Shown in pieces: positions 25,718-36,338 of a stretch of DNA of 64,000 nt. The stretch's first letter is position 1. The number at the start of each line of letters is the position of its first letter. The notes under the pieces are model-generated. The model was not told the DNA's origin. It did not search any database and saw only the letters and a list, made by a program, of their open reading frames with translations. The DNA lies in sequence record SRR20825019_1418; one strand, given 5' to 3'. A program made the translations under genes and the position numbers.

Positions 25718-26665
25718 TTAGATTTGTTTTTGGCGTGTCACCAGGACAATACCGATCATCAGCATAGCACCGCCGATCAGGAAGTTGGTGGTCAGAGGGT
25801 CATCCAGCAATAGCGCACCGAATAGCACGCCAAACACCGGGGACAGGAATGAAAAGACCCCGAGTTGCGATGCCCGATAACGACGCAGTAGGGCGAACCA
25901 TAGCAGCAGAGCGCCGAATGCAATTATTAGGGTCTGGAAGGTCAGGCTGGCGATCACCGTTTGAGTCAACTTGATGGATGATAGGTCGCCAAGTATATAG
26001 GCCGCTGGCAGCAGCAACAGGCCTGCCATTCCCAACTGATACATCAGTGTCTGCTCGACCGGAGCCTCCGACAAGGACGTGGTCCGGAGCACCAGGGTGG
26101 TGGCGGCCCATGACAGCCCGGCCAGCAGGCCCAGTGCGTCCCCGATCAGGATGTCCCTGGCTCCGACCACGTCGGCGGTTGGCGCCATCGAGAACACCAT
26201 GCCCAGGAACGCCAGGGCTATACCCCACCATTGACGACGACTCAGCTGCTCCCCGGGGACCAGAAAATGCAGACCCAGTGCTGCAAACACCGGCGCCGTG
26301 TAGAGAAATACGGACATGTGAGAGGCCAGTGTGTAGTTGAGCCCCCAAGCGACAAAGACAAACTCGAAAGTGAACCCAAGCCCGACGCCTACGCCGGCGC
26401 CAAGCCGGGCGCGAAGATCATGGAGAGAAATACCCCGCCAACGCACCAGTACAGCAACCAGCACGAACGCCAGGGCTGAGCGCAGGGCAATCTGCGCCAG
26501 CGATGAGATATCCCCGATAACCGATTTGATGGCAACTTGCTGGAAGCCAAGGGCCAGGCAGAAAACCACCATCGCCAAACCAGCGGTCATATCGACCGAT
26601 TTCCTTGGGTGACTTATTCTCACTTCCCGCGTGGCCTGCAGCCTTGCGAATCTGGATGTATTCAT
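25718..26665 (-). CDS. DMT/EamA family transporter
   Basis: About 10 TM helices in two repeats; start behind AGGAGG. Confidence 0.88.
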   Translation of the reverse strand: MNTSRFARLQATREVRISHPRKSVDMTAGLAMVVFCLALGFQQVAIKSVIGDISSLAQIALRSALAFVLVAVLVRWRGISLHDLRARLGAGVGVGLGFTFEFVFVAWGLNYTLASHMSVFLYTAPVFAALGLHFLVPGEQLSRRQWWGIALAFLGMVFSMAPTADVVGARDILIGDALGLLAGLSWAATTLVLRTTSLSEAPVEQTLMYQLGMAGLLLLPAAYILGDLSSIKLTQTVIASLTFQTLIIAFGALLLWFALLRRYRASQLGVFSFLSPVFGVLFGALLLDDPLTTNFLIGGAMLMIGIVLVTRQKQI

Positions 26666-26763
26666 GGCAGCCTCCTGGTATATAACAGGTTGCCATTCCA
26701 GCATTCTACGATAGCGCCAACAAACGATTAATCGGGTACTCTAGGGTCAGGAAAACTCAACTC

Positions 26764-27699
26764 ATGAAAATCGAACGATTGCCACTGAACGCCTTGCGTG
26801 CCTTTGCCGAAGCCGCCCGGACTGGGAGTTTCAAGGTTGCCGCTCACCGGCTCGGGGTGACGCCGGGCGCCGTCAGCCGACAGATCAGACAGTTGGAAGA
26901 TCGTCTTGGCGTGTCGTTGTTTGAACGCCATGCAAACGGCGTTTCGGTCGGTCGAGCCGGCCGATTGCTCGCAGAGGATGTCAATGCTGGCCTTGCGCGC
27001 ATCGCCAATGGTGTCCAGATGGTGACGGAACGATCCCGGGAAACCACAACACTGGTGATCAGTGCACCGCCATCCTTCATGCAACATTGGCTGCTGCCCC
27101 GGCTCAACGACTTCGAGGCGCAGGAAAATGACATTGAGATTGCGCTGGACGCGGATCAGAAACTCACGCCTCCGGTCTGGCAGGAGGGCAGTGCGAGGTT
27201 ATCCATGCGCTATGGACGCGGCCCCTGGCGTGGTGTTCGCACTGTCCCGCTATTCGATGACCGGCTGGTTCCGGTCTGTGCCCCGGGCCTGCTTGAGCAG
27301 TCACCCATCCGCACACCAGAAGATTTGCTGCACCACCAACTCCTGGCGGTGGACTGGTGTTCGCACCAAAGCGGGGATTTCCCGGGATGGAACGAATGGT
27401 TTCGTGCAGCGGGCGTTACAATCACCGCTTCACCGACGCAGCGCCAGTATTCACTCTACAGCCTGGCGTTGGACCGGGCTATTGCCGGGCAGGGCGTGAT
27501 GCTGGCCACCTATCCTGTGGTGGCAGATCGTCTGGCGAGCGGGGTACTGGTACGCCCATTGGGTGATGAGTACACCCTGGCTTCATCGTTTACTTATGAC
27601 CTGCTTCTGCCTGCTTCAGGCACGGCACCCCCGGCGGTCCAGCGATTTGTTGACTGGCTGGTGGCTGAAGCACAGAGCTTCCGGCAGCAGGTGAGTTAG
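26764..27699 (+). CDS. LysR-family regulator (GcvA-like)
   Basis: LPLNALRAFAEAAR...VTPGAVSRQIRQLE; divergent from the EamA gene. Confidence 0.92.
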   Translation: MKIERLPLNALRAFAEAARTGSFKVAAHRLGVTPGAVSRQIRQLEDRLGVSLFERHANGVSVGRAGRLLAEDVNAGLARIANGVQMVTERSRETTTLVISAPPSFMQHWLLPRLNDFEAQENDIEIALDADQKLTPPVWQEGSARLSMRYGRGPWRGVRTVPLFDDRLVPVCAPGLLEQSPIRTPEDLLHHQLLAVDWCSHQSGDFPGWNEWFRAAGVTITASPTQRQYSLYSLALDRAIAGQGVMLATYPVVADRLASGVLVRPLGDEYTLASSFTYDLLLPASGTAPPAVQRFVDWLVAEAQSFRQQVS

Positions 27700-27704
27700 G
27701 GCTA

Positions 27705-27823
27705 TCAGGACAATACGCAATACCTGAACCCGAGCTCTCCTTGATGAACCGCTTCGCCATTGGATTCCGGGGGATAACGTTGATTGCTCATGATAGTTCC
27801 TCCTATGCTCTAATCATGGACTA
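27705..27823 (-). pseudogene. IS3-family transposase OrfA N-terminal remnant with part of the left end
   Basis: RBS AGGAGG, then ATG at 27791 giving MSNQRYPPESNGEAVHQ... and a stop after 28 aa; resembles IS3 OrfA starts of the type MSxQRYxxEFKxEAVxQ. Confidence 0.6.
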
Positions 27824-27918
27824 GGAGTGCCTGCTGAACCTGGGTAAGTCCATGATGCAAATAGAGTTAACCGGGTATTCGTTGTATTGCCCGAAATCAT
27901 GGTCGGAACGATCAGTTT

Positions 27919-29289
27919 TCAGTGACTGTTCCGCCCCCAAACCAGCGTTATCGCCACGCTAACCACAGCGGAGGCGGCCAGGGCACCAAGGAAGGGTGCC
28001 AGGGTAGGGATGCCACCGGGGAAGCTGGCGGCCAGGAGGCCCGCCGTCAGACTGCCACCAGTCACCCAGCCAGGAATGATCGCCCCCGCCAGGCCGGCCA
28101 GGCCGCCAAATACGGCTGCGGTAGTGGTCATTCGCTTCCACAGCCCCATCAATACCGGTATCACCGCCGTCGCGCAGAGCAGGTCGGCGATCAGGAACAA
28201 TCTCAGTACCGAGACGCCCTGGAGTGCGACTATCACCACGGGAATCATAAGGAGGACGGTCACCCATCGTGCCGATATGATGGAGAGCCCTTGTTTTTCA
28301 GTTACTGCCAGGGAGGCCAGGGCGTTCTGGAGTGTGTCCACGGATGAGGCGACTAGTGTGAGGGCCAGTACCAGGGCGGGAATGGTCAGCCATGCGGGGG
28401 CGCCGGATAGTAGTGCAAAGAAAGGAATGGGTGGAGATCCGAGATCTGCACCGCTCATGGCGGCGGCAATGCCCAGGCCGCCGACTACGGCAACCACGAT
28501 AATAGTCACCAGGCCGCCCAACAGGGCGCCGCTGCGCAGCGCCGAAGTATCGCGGGCGGACCACAGGCGCTGCCAGTAGCCCTGGTGAAACAGATTAGCG
28601 GCGGTTACGGCGATCACCAGTGTCAGGGCAACGCCCAGGGCACTGCCTACTGGCGCGGAGGGGGCGTCAGCCATTTGCAGTTCCGGTAGCCGGTCCATTG
28701 CCACGAATCCGACAATGGCCAGTAGCCCGATCAGCAGGAACGCCTGCCACTGGTCCGTGACGATGCTGGCTCGCAGGCCACCCCAGGTGGTGTATATGAG
28801 TGTGGCAACGGCCACGCCAAGCACCGCAAGGTTCCCATTCACGCCCGACAGCAATGAGGTGATGGCGCCGATGGCGGTGAGTTCGGCGGTGAGGAAGCAC
28901 AGCATGTAGAGCACGGAGATCAGCGACACGTAGCGGCGAACCGATGAGCCATAACAGGCTTGGGCAAACTCACCAATGCTGCGGCCCTGTGGCAGGTAGC
29001 GCCGGATGGCCGGGCCACAGAAGGCAAACACGATAAAGGGCAGGGCGGCGCCAAGGGCGTAACCGGCCAATGCCACCGGCCCCACCAGGGCGCCAACTTC
29101 CGGGGGCGCGAAGAGTATCCAGCCTCCCATACCCGACGCCAGGAAGGATAGCCCAAGTGCCCGGGCGCCCTGACTGTTGCGGGCCGTCACGAAATCATCC
29201 AGGCCGCCATCGGCCAGGCGAGCCCGCAGCCCGAGCCAGGTGAACAGAACGAGTGCAGCCGCCAGGGCAGCTACCGTGGTGTAGAGCAT
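27919..29289 (-). CDS. Sodium:solute symporter family protein
   Basis: About 13 TM helices; YTTWGGLRASIVTD; WQRLWSA. Confidence 0.88.
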   Translation of the reverse strand: MLYTTVAALAAALVLFTWLGLRARLADGGLDDFVTARNSQGARALGLSFLASGMGGWILFAPPEVGALVGPVALAGYALGAALPFIVFAFCGPAIRRYLPQGRSIGEFAQACYGSSVRRYVSLISVLYMLCFLTAELTAIGAITSLLSGVNGNLAVLGVAVATLIYTTWGGLRASIVTDQWQAFLLIGLLAIVGFVAMDRLPELQMADAPSAPVGSALGVALTLVIAVTAANLFHQGYWQRLWSARDTSALRSGALLGGLVTIIVVAVVGGLGIAAAMSGADLGSPPIPFFALLSGAPAWLTIPALVLALTLVASSVDTLQNALASLAVTEKQGLSIISARWVTVLLMIPVVIVALQGVSVLRLFLIADLLCATAVIPVLMGLWKRMTTTAAVFGGLAGLAGAIIPGWVTGGSLTAGLLAASFPGGIPTLAPFLGALAASAVVSVAITLVWGRNSH

Positions 29290-29423
29290 GGTGTGTTTCT
29301 CCGTTAATCATAAAGCCGGGAATAGTGACATATTCCACGCGGTGCTGCGATTGACTGTCTGTCTTATGCTTTACTGTATTAAGTCACCATTCGGAATTGA
29401 ACCGACGGGGGAGGCCCCACCCA

Positions 29424-29744
29424 ATGAGTAATCGCAAATCGGAACTGGAAACCCTGCGTGCCGACCTTAAGGCACGCCTGTCAAAGTATGAAGCCCACCA
29501 GCATCGCCAGGGTGGCGCGCTGGAGAAAGACTTCGAAGAGCAGGCCGTACAGACCCAGAACGACGAAGTGGTCGATTCACTGGAGACGGAAACCCGCAAC
29601 GAGCTGGCCCAGATCGAACACGCCCTTGAACGCCTTGCTGAAGGGCTCGGGGACGAATGTGAGGGGTGCGGCGAAGACATTGATCCACGGCGCCTGCAGG
29701 TTCTGCCCTACACCACAGTCTGCGTGAAGTGCGCCGAAGACTGA
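29424..29744 (+). CDS. TraR/DksA-family C4 zinc-finger protein
   Basis: Coiled coil followed by CEGC...RLQVLP...CVKC. Confidence 0.88.
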   Translation: MSNRKSELETLRADLKARLSKYEAHQHRQGGALEKDFEEQAVQTQNDEVVDSLETETRNELAQIEHALERLAEGLGDECEGCGEDIDPRRLQVLPYTTVCVKCAED

Positions 29745-29751
29745 ACCCCTA

Positions 29752-32517
29752 TCACTCCCCCTGAATCTTGCTGAGCAGGTCTTTGGCCAGTTCAATGGCC
29801 TCTGACCGGTGGCTGATGTTCTGCTTCTGGTAGAGGCTGCGAATGTGCGTCTTCACCGTCGTGGAGGCGACTTTCAGGTGTTCGGCGATCTGGTCATTCG
29901 ACAGGCCGGCGTGGATCAGACTGAGTATCTGCCATTCCCGGCGGGTAAGGGGAGATGTGCGGATCAGTTCGGGTACATCAGGACGGTCGATAATATCCTG
30001 AATGATGGCTTCGTCCAGTGAAATCCGGATGGCGCGGCTGAAATCCCGTTGTTGCTGAGCCAGCTGGATCAGGCGTTCGGCGCGCTGCAGTTCCATTCCG
30101 TCAATCGCTTCGTCATTGATCAGCGCTTTCAGGATCACGATCAGCACCTTGCCCATACGCAGGAAGCTGCCGACGGCCCCGGTGGTGCTGGCCAGTTGGA
30201 GCGCGGCGACCATGTGCTTCAGGGCGTTCTCACGGTCTTCAGTGTCCCAGTAAAGCAGCGCCAGCGCGATATGGTTGCGGTTGAGGTCGGTTTTAAGACC
30301 CACCTGTTCCGCGACGGCTTGCAGTCCTGTCAGCAGAGGCTGCGCTTTGCTGTACAGGCCCAGGCTCATGTACGCCCGAGCCCGGTTGCGACCGTTGCAT
30401 TGATTGAAGTGGTTGGTCGCTGTGGTGGGGTCGACGGGCGGTGCGATGGTCAGCCAGCGTTGTATGGCTTCCCGGTCCCGAACCGCATCCCAGTAGGCGA
30501 GCATGGTGGCGTGGGCGTTGGCGACCCAGTCCAGATGATAGTCACCGGAGGCGAGCATTTTCTGCATCTTGGCGATGTAGTCCGCGCACAGGCTTTGCCG
30601 GCCCCTGGCATGGGCCACCTTGGCCAGCGATGTATAGCTTTGCACGTACCAGCGCTCGCCCTGGGCTTCCAGGATCTCGATGCCCTGGAGCGCACACCGC
30701 TCAGCATTTTCCAGATGGTGCCATTCCCACATGATCTGACTGCGGATGCGGAACAGGAATTCCAGTATCGGCAGGTGGTTGAGGTGGTTTTCCTCGGCGT
30801 ACTGGAAACCCCGTTCCTGGATGTTGTAGGCCTTCTGCAACAAGCCCATCGCAACGCTGATTTCAGACTGCTGACACAGTGCCCAGAGCACGTTCTGGTG
30901 GGCCTGGTGCGCCCGCGCGAGGTGTTCGGTTTCCTGCATACGGGCGAGGGCTTCTTCCAGTTCGCCCTGGACAAACAGAGCTTCCCCAATGACAGAGGCC
31001 GCCGCCACCCGGGAGGTGGGCAAGTAGCGGGCTTCCTGGTCGATGGCCTCGCGGGCGAGGGCCAGGGCACGTTCTCCATCCCCATAATTCATGGCGACCT
31101 GAGCACGAATGGCACTGAACTCACCATGCACGGCGCGCTGGGTGTCTTCCGTCATGGATGCTTCCAGACGGGTTTCCGCAGCCGACAACCAGTTTTCAAC
31201 TTCGTCAAACTTGTACTGGCCCTGGGCCACCCAGGCCCTGAGCAGTGTCAGCGTCGGATCCTGGGCAATCACATCCTGGGGCAGGGCGTCGAGGCAACGC
31301 TGCAGCAGGATAAACTGGCCCTCGGTGAAAAATTTGCGGCCGTGAATGGTCAGTACGCGGGTGATACGGTCCGCGTCGTCGGCGGCGATGGCGTGGCGGG
31401 CGGCCTCTTCGGCGTGGTCCAGTTCCAGCCAGGCGTCACTGGCCCGTTGGTGCAGCTGTTGGCGGTTTTCTTCGGTGGTGCAGCTCAACAGGTGCTGGAG
31501 ATAGACGGAAAACAGCGGATGGTAGCGGAACCACAGGGCGGAATTGTCCACGGGCGTGATAAACAGCCCCATGGACAGAAGGCCACTGAGCAGGGCCTGG
31601 CCATTGCTGTCGTCCATCACCCTCATGACCATCCGCGCGTTGAAGCGGTCCAGTATGCTGGTGCGTAGCAGGAATGTTCGCTGCTGTTCCGTCAGCCCCT
31701 GCCCAACCAGTTCGTCAAAGTAGTCAAAGATGTGCTGGTTGCCGTACTCGAGCTGATCCACAAAATCGTTGAATTCGATGCTGGTCAGTGCGGATGCGGA
31801 CAGAAGCTGGAGTGCCGACACCCAGCCTTCAACCCGCCTGACAGCCCGCTCGATGCTTTCCCGCGAAATCTCGAACGGCAATCGGCTGTCAAAGTAGCTC
31901 TGTGCTTCGTCTGCACCAAAGGCCAGATCCCGTGAGGTGATCTCGGTCATCCGTCCCTGCATCCTCAGTTGCGCGACGCCAATGGGGGGCACCGTCCGGG
32001 TAATCAGGACGAGCGTCAGACAGGCAGGTTGATGCCGCAGCAGAAAGCGCAGCGCGTTGTGGATGACCTCGTTGTCAATCAGGTGATAGTCGTCCAGCAC
32101 CAGATACAGCGGGTCCCCGTCCAGCCCGTCCAAGGGAAGCTCGGCCAGGAGGTCGGTGAGAAAACTCTCCAGATCGTCGTACCCCTTCTCCTGCAATTTC
32201 CGCAGCGTGGCCTTGCAGCTGCCGGGAGCTGCAACCTCAAGTGACTTGGCCAGGTAGCCTGCAAATCGGGCCGGGTCGTTGTCGCCGACCTCCAGGCGAT
32301 ACCAGGCGCTGGTGGCCTCCAGTGCCTCAAGACGGTCCGCCACCGTGGTGGTTTTGCCATAGCCCGCGGGCGCATGCACCAGCAGCAGGCTTACCGGTTC
32401 CAGGCCGTGGAGAAGATCGTTGAATTTTTCCCGGTGTAAAAGGGCGGGTGGTGGTTGTGGGCTCTGGTTTTTGGCAGCGATGAACGTCAGTTGTCCCGGA
32501 TTCAGTGTTGTTGTCAT
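29752..32517 (-). CDS. malT: MalT maltose regulon activator
   Basis: APAGYGKTT, LVLDDYH, WFRYHPLF and ELIRTSPLTRREWQIL; C-terminal LuxR HTH; 921 aa. Confidence 0.9.
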   Translation of the reverse strand: MTTTLNPGQLTFIAAKNQSPQPPPALLHREKFNDLLHGLEPVSLLLVHAPAGYGKTTTVADRLEALEATSAWYRLEVGDNDPARFAGYLAKSLEVAAPGSCKATLRKLQEKGYDDLESFLTDLLAELPLDGLDGDPLYLVLDDYHLIDNEVIHNALRFLLRHQPACLTLVLITRTVPPIGVAQLRMQGRMTEITSRDLAFGADEAQSYFDSRLPFEISRESIERAVRRVEGWVSALQLLSASALTSIEFNDFVDQLEYGNQHIFDYFDELVGQGLTEQQRTFLLRTSILDRFNARMVMRVMDDSNGQALLSGLLSMGLFITPVDNSALWFRYHPLFSVYLQHLLSCTTEENRQQLHQRASDAWLELDHAEEAARHAIAADDADRITRVLTIHGRKFFTEGQFILLQRCLDALPQDVIAQDPTLTLLRAWVAQGQYKFDEVENWLSAAETRLEASMTEDTQRAVHGEFSAIRAQVAMNYGDGERALALAREAIDQEARYLPTSRVAAASVIGEALFVQGELEEALARMQETEHLARAHQAHQNVLWALCQQSEISVAMGLLQKAYNIQERGFQYAEENHLNHLPILEFLFRIRSQIMWEWHHLENAERCALQGIEILEAQGERWYVQSYTSLAKVAHARGRQSLCADYIAKMQKMLASGDYHLDWVANAHATMLAYWDAVRDREAIQRWLTIAPPVDPTTATNHFNQCNGRNRARAYMSLGLYSKAQPLLTGLQAVAEQVGLKTDLNRNHIALALLYWDTEDRENALKHMVAALQLASTTGAVGSFLRMGKVLIVILKALINDEAIDGMELQRAERLIQLAQQQRDFSRAIRISLDEAIIQDIIDRPDVPELIRTSPLTRREWQILSLIHAGLSNDQIAEHLKVASTTVKTHIRSLYQKQNISHRSEAIELAKDLLSKIQGE

Positions 32518-32769
32518 CAGGATCTTCAGTAATTGGTGTCAGACAGTGGCAAAGAATGTGATACCGGCTTTGTGGCTCTGCGTCAACTTCCCGTTGTCGC
32601 TATTTGAGGGGCATGAACCAGTTCTCAAAACCGGCAGGGAGGGCCCCTTCTGCAGCGGCAGATTTGAGGCACAGTTATCTTTAAGGCGTTAGCGATTTCG
32701 GTATCTTACCGTAACAAGATGTAACTCGGAAAACGTGATGTCTAATAATAACAGGGACTTCGTCTGACC

Positions 32770-33570
32770 ATGCTGCTGGTACTCGCCGGATCCATCCTCA
32801 CTTTCACTATGGCCCAGGAGGCGGTCGTCGTGGAGCCTTATGAACAGGGCACCATTGTGATTGAGCAGGATTTCGACACCAGCCCCATTGAGTTGAGAAC
32901 CGACGCCCGGGTGGAACCTCTGGTGGAGCAGAAGTTCCGGAATATCGTGCGTCAGGCTTACGACTACAGCTGCGGTAGCGCCGCCTTGACCACGGTTCTG
33001 AATTTCTACCTCGGTAGAAACCTTGGTGAGCGGCAAGTCATGGAGGGGCTACTTCACTACGGCGAGAGTGAACGGATTGTGCAGCGCCGCGCCTTTTCCA
33101 TGCTCGACATGAAACGTCTCGTTACCGCCCTTGGTTATCCCTCTGGCGGGTTCCGCGCCACGATTGATGACCTGATTGACCTCGATCACCCGGCCATCGT
33201 TCCCATCCAGCACGCCGGTTTCAAGCACTTCGTGGTGCTGCGCACCATCCGCGACGGCCGGGTGTATCTCGCCGATCCGGCGGTCGGCAATATCTCCTTC
33301 ACGCTCGCCCAGTTTGAAGAGAGCTGGGACGACAACGTGCTCTTCATTGTGTTCCCCGGCAGTGACAAGCCGCTGGATTACCTGGAGTTGAAAGAGGAGG
33401 ACCTCCGGTTTGTGGACGACCAGACATTGACGTTGCTGGCGTTGCAGAAGTTACCCGAATTCCATGAATCCACGGAACGCCGGATCAGAAACATGCTGGA
33501 ACGCCAGAAGAATAATCCGGACGGCAGCGTTGAGAATACCCGGAAGCAGCTGTTCTACCGGCGCCATTAA
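32770..33570 (+). CDS. C39-family cysteine peptidase (FilB/FapD-like)
   Basis: RQAYDYSCGSAAL (Cys), HFVV (His), LADPA (Asp); signal peptide; start may lie slightly upstream. Confidence 0.85.
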   Translation: MLLVLAGSILTFTMAQEAVVVEPYEQGTIVIEQDFDTSPIELRTDARVEPLVEQKFRNIVRQAYDYSCGSAALTTVLNFYLGRNLGERQVMEGLLHYGESERIVQRRAFSMLDMKRLVTALGYPSGGFRATIDDLIDLDHPAIVPIQHAGFKHFVVLRTIRDGRVYLADPAVGNISFTLAQFEESWDDNVLFIVFPGSDKPLDYLELKEEDLRFVDDQTLTLLALQKLPEFHESTERRIRNMLERQKNNPDGSVENTRKQLFYRRH

Positions 33571-33571
33571 C

Positions 33572-33593
33572 GTGCCGGGCGCAAAGCCGGCAC
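33572..33593 (+). other. Intergenic hairpin inside the fil-like operon
   Basis: GTGCCGG...CCGGCAC stem without a U tract. Confidence 0.4.
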
Positions 33594-33629
33594 ACAGGAA
33601 ACAATACAATTAGAAATAAGGGAGTCAGG

Positions 33630-34640
33630 ATGAATCGTTGGTTAGTGCGAGGTTTTATCCTTTTTTCCGTGACTGGCCTTTTACCAACCATGGCATTGTC
33701 GCAGGAAGGAAACGTAGACGAGGCGAGGGAGGCACTTGCCAGGCAGGAGGGTGACGAGGATTCATCCAAACAGTTGGAAGAGGTGTTCCAGGCAGCCGAG
33801 ACCAGCTACTCGTTGCAGAAGAAGGGCACCCATTCCCTGAACTACTCGTTCGATTACTCCTACACCGGTGACCAGCGTCTCGACCTGGCGATCACCGACG
33901 GTTCAGTTCGCAACCTCGATGTGGTGCCGTCCGCGACCCACAACTTCACCAATGCGTTTTCCTACGATTATGGCCTGCTGGATAACCTGACTGTCGGTGC
34001 GCGGATACCCCTGGTGGTTAAGTACGATACCCAGGATGAACTGAACATCTACGATTTTGGCGATATCTCCGCGACCGCTCGCTGGCAGCCTTTTGCCTAC
34101 GTGCCGGGCAAGATGTCCACGACGGTCTTCGGCACTTTCACAACCAAGACGGGTGTCAGTCCCTATGAGATTGATATAGACGAGCAACTGTCCACCGGTA
34201 GCGGCTACTATTCGGTTGCCGGCGGCGTAAGTTTCTCAAAGGTGTTGGACCCGGTGGTTGTGTTCGGGTCTACCAGCGCTACCTACAACCTTCCTGAGAG
34301 GGACCTCCAACAAGTCCGGGGCGCCAGGGTGTTACAGGAACTGGAACCCGGCTTCGGGCTTTCCGGCTCCGCCGGTTTCGCCTATTCGCTGTCCTACGAC
34401 ATTTCCCTCAGCATCTCCGCCCAGTTGAGTTACAGCGACCAGACCATCCTGTCCTTTAGTGATGGCACTCAGGCTGTTGCTCAGGACCAGATGAGTGGCT
34501 TCCTCAGTATGTCGCTGGGTACCCGCGTGAGTGATACCACCATCGTGAACACCAGCCTTGGTATTGGCCTTACCGAAGACGCACCTGATTTCTCGCTGGG
34601 CGTGTCCCTGCCCATCAGATTTTCAGGTCTCAAAGAGTGA
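33630..34640 (+). CDS. Outer-membrane transporter (FilC/FapF-like)
   Basis: Signal peptide; YDYGLLDNLTVG, FGDIS, STGSGYY, KVLDPVVVFG and IGLTEDAPDF motifs. Confidence 0.78.
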   Translation: MNRWLVRGFILFSVTGLLPTMALSQEGNVDEAREALARQEGDEDSSKQLEEVFQAAETSYSLQKKGTHSLNYSFDYSYTGDQRLDLAITDGSVRNLDVVPSATHNFTNAFSYDYGLLDNLTVGARIPLVVKYDTQDELNIYDFGDISATARWQPFAYVPGKMSTTVFGTFTTKTGVSPYEIDIDEQLSTGSGYYSVAGGVSFSKVLDPVVVFGSTSATYNLPERDLQQVRGARVLQELEPGFGLSGSAGFAYSLSYDISLSISAQLSYSDQTILSFSDGTQAVAQDQMSGFLSMSLGTRVSDTTIVNTSLGIGLTEDAPDFSLGVSLPIRFSGLKE

Positions 34641-34677
34641 GTTCAGCCTCTGACGTTTTACGGGAAGGGAAGATTTC

Positions 34678-36303
34678 ATGGGAATAACCAGCCACAAGAG
34701 ACAGATTGCCGCTGCCATTATGGCAGCCTCGGTGACCTGTGGTGTCGAGGCGCAGCTGGCACAGAACCTGACCATTCATCCCAAGGCATTGGCCCTGGGT
34801 AACGCCGTGACGGCCGATCCGCCCGGTATTATGGCGATCCATTACAACCCGGCGGGGCTGACCAAGCTGGATGGGCGTCAGCTTGAAGTTAACCTGATGA
34901 GCGTTTACCTGGACATTGACGCCGATTTCCGCGCCCCGGATGGCTACGAGATTTTCGGCATTGATGGCCTGGAAACAGACCCTCTCACTGGCAAACAGCG
35001 GGACCCGGTCGCAAACAAACACAGCCATACCAACAATGTTGCCCTGTATCTCCCGGGGTTTGGCATATTGCGGGCGCCGCCTGGCCCCGCCGTCGCCCCG
35101 TCTGCCGGTATCAGCATCAACCCGCCCGGGTCGAAACTGACCTTTGGCAACGCCTTCTACCTGCCCCTGGCCGCCGGCTTCTATCGCGACAAGGACGATC
35201 CGGGGCGCTATATGCCACAGGCAACGGCCTTGCAGCGGACAACTTATCTGTCGCCAACCGTTGGTTACAAGATCAACGACGAGTGGTCCGTGGGTGCCGG
35301 AATCCATCTGTCGCATATGGGGGTTGCCGCAGATCAATACATGCGCGCCCCCAACATGCTATTGGGCGTTGCGGAGGTACTTCAGGATGCCTTCAACTGC
35401 GAAAGTGGGGATGAGCCTCTGCAGCCATGGCTGGCCCTTTGCGGGGGTAATGTCGGGCCCTGGGACGACATTGGTGCCTTGAGTATCAACGTGCAGGAAA
35501 CCCTGTCACCCACCTACGCGCTGGGTGTGATGTGGGAACCCAATGAGTGGTTCGCCTGGGGGGCGAGTTATACCTCCGAAGCCGACATGAATATGAAGGG
35601 TACTTTCGAGATAGAGTACACCGACGACTGGTCCGGCTTCTGGCAGAGCGTCAACGGCTCGGTGCTGGGTGCCATCACCTCGGCTATCCTGAGCTTGCCG
35701 TCCGGTGCCCCAAGGGAAGCGGGCAACGTCTCCATGGACCTGACCTATCCCCAGCATTTCCAGACCGGCATCAGCTTGGATGTCCATCCCAAGCTGACGG
35801 TCAATGTGGACGTTGGCTGGACGGACTACAAGCAGTGGGACGCGTTTGTGTTTCGCTTCGATCGTAACCTGGAATTCCTGAACGCCGCGCGGATTCTGTC
35901 ACCGCAGAACGCCACTCCCAACACACTGAGGTTGCCTCTCGGTTTTACCGATCAGTGGAACTGGGGTTTTGGGCTGGAGTTCCATGCGTCGTCCCGTCTG
36001 GACCTTCGCGCGGGTATGGAAATCCGGGATTCGGTAATTCCCGATGACCAGCGCCAGATTATGGCGCCGTTCGGCGGTGCAAACCTCTACAGTATTGGTA
36101 TGGGGTATCGGTGGGATAAGGATACTGAGATCGACATGAACCTGAGCTATCTGCAATCCATAGAAACGGTTCCTGCCAACGGCAGTTGTAACCTAAACTG
36201 TGACAATATTACCAATATCATCTACAACCCCTATGCGGGGCTGGATGTGAAAACCTCGCTACGGGTTGTCACGGCAGGTCTCAGTTTCCGTACCAAATTC
36301 TGA
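34678..36303 (+). CDS. OmpP1/FadL-family outer-membrane protein (FilD-like)
   Basis: KALALGNAVTADP...AIHYNPAGLTKL; LSPTVGYKINDEWSVGAG; C-terminal Phe. Confidence 0.85.
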   Translation: MGITSHKRQIAAAIMAASVTCGVEAQLAQNLTIHPKALALGNAVTADPPGIMAIHYNPAGLTKLDGRQLEVNLMSVYLDIDADFRAPDGYEIFGIDGLETDPLTGKQRDPVANKHSHTNNVALYLPGFGILRAPPGPAVAPSAGISINPPGSKLTFGNAFYLPLAAGFYRDKDDPGRYMPQATALQRTTYLSPTVGYKINDEWSVGAGIHLSHMGVAADQYMRAPNMLLGVAEVLQDAFNCESGDEPLQPWLALCGGNVGPWDDIGALSINVQETLSPTYALGVMWEPNEWFAWGASYTSEADMNMKGTFEIEYTDDWSGFWQSVNGSVLGAITSAILSLPSGAPREAGNVSMDLTYPQHFQTGISLDVHPKLTVNVDVGWTDYKQWDAFVFRFDRNLEFLNAARILSPQNATPNTLRLPLGFTDQWNWGFGLEFHASSRLDLRAGMEIRDSVIPDDQRQIMAPFGGANLYSIGMGYRWDKDTEIDMNLSYLQSIETVPANGSCNLNCDNITNIIYNPYAGLDVKTSLRVVTAGLSFRTKF

Positions 36304-36338
36304 CGCAAACGCGTTTACGAACAGGGTGTTTTGCCCCG

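Noticed and set aside
30049-31668. 539-aa + strand ORF
   Set aside because: Antisense shadow of malT with no recognisable motifs; expected in GC-rich coding DNA
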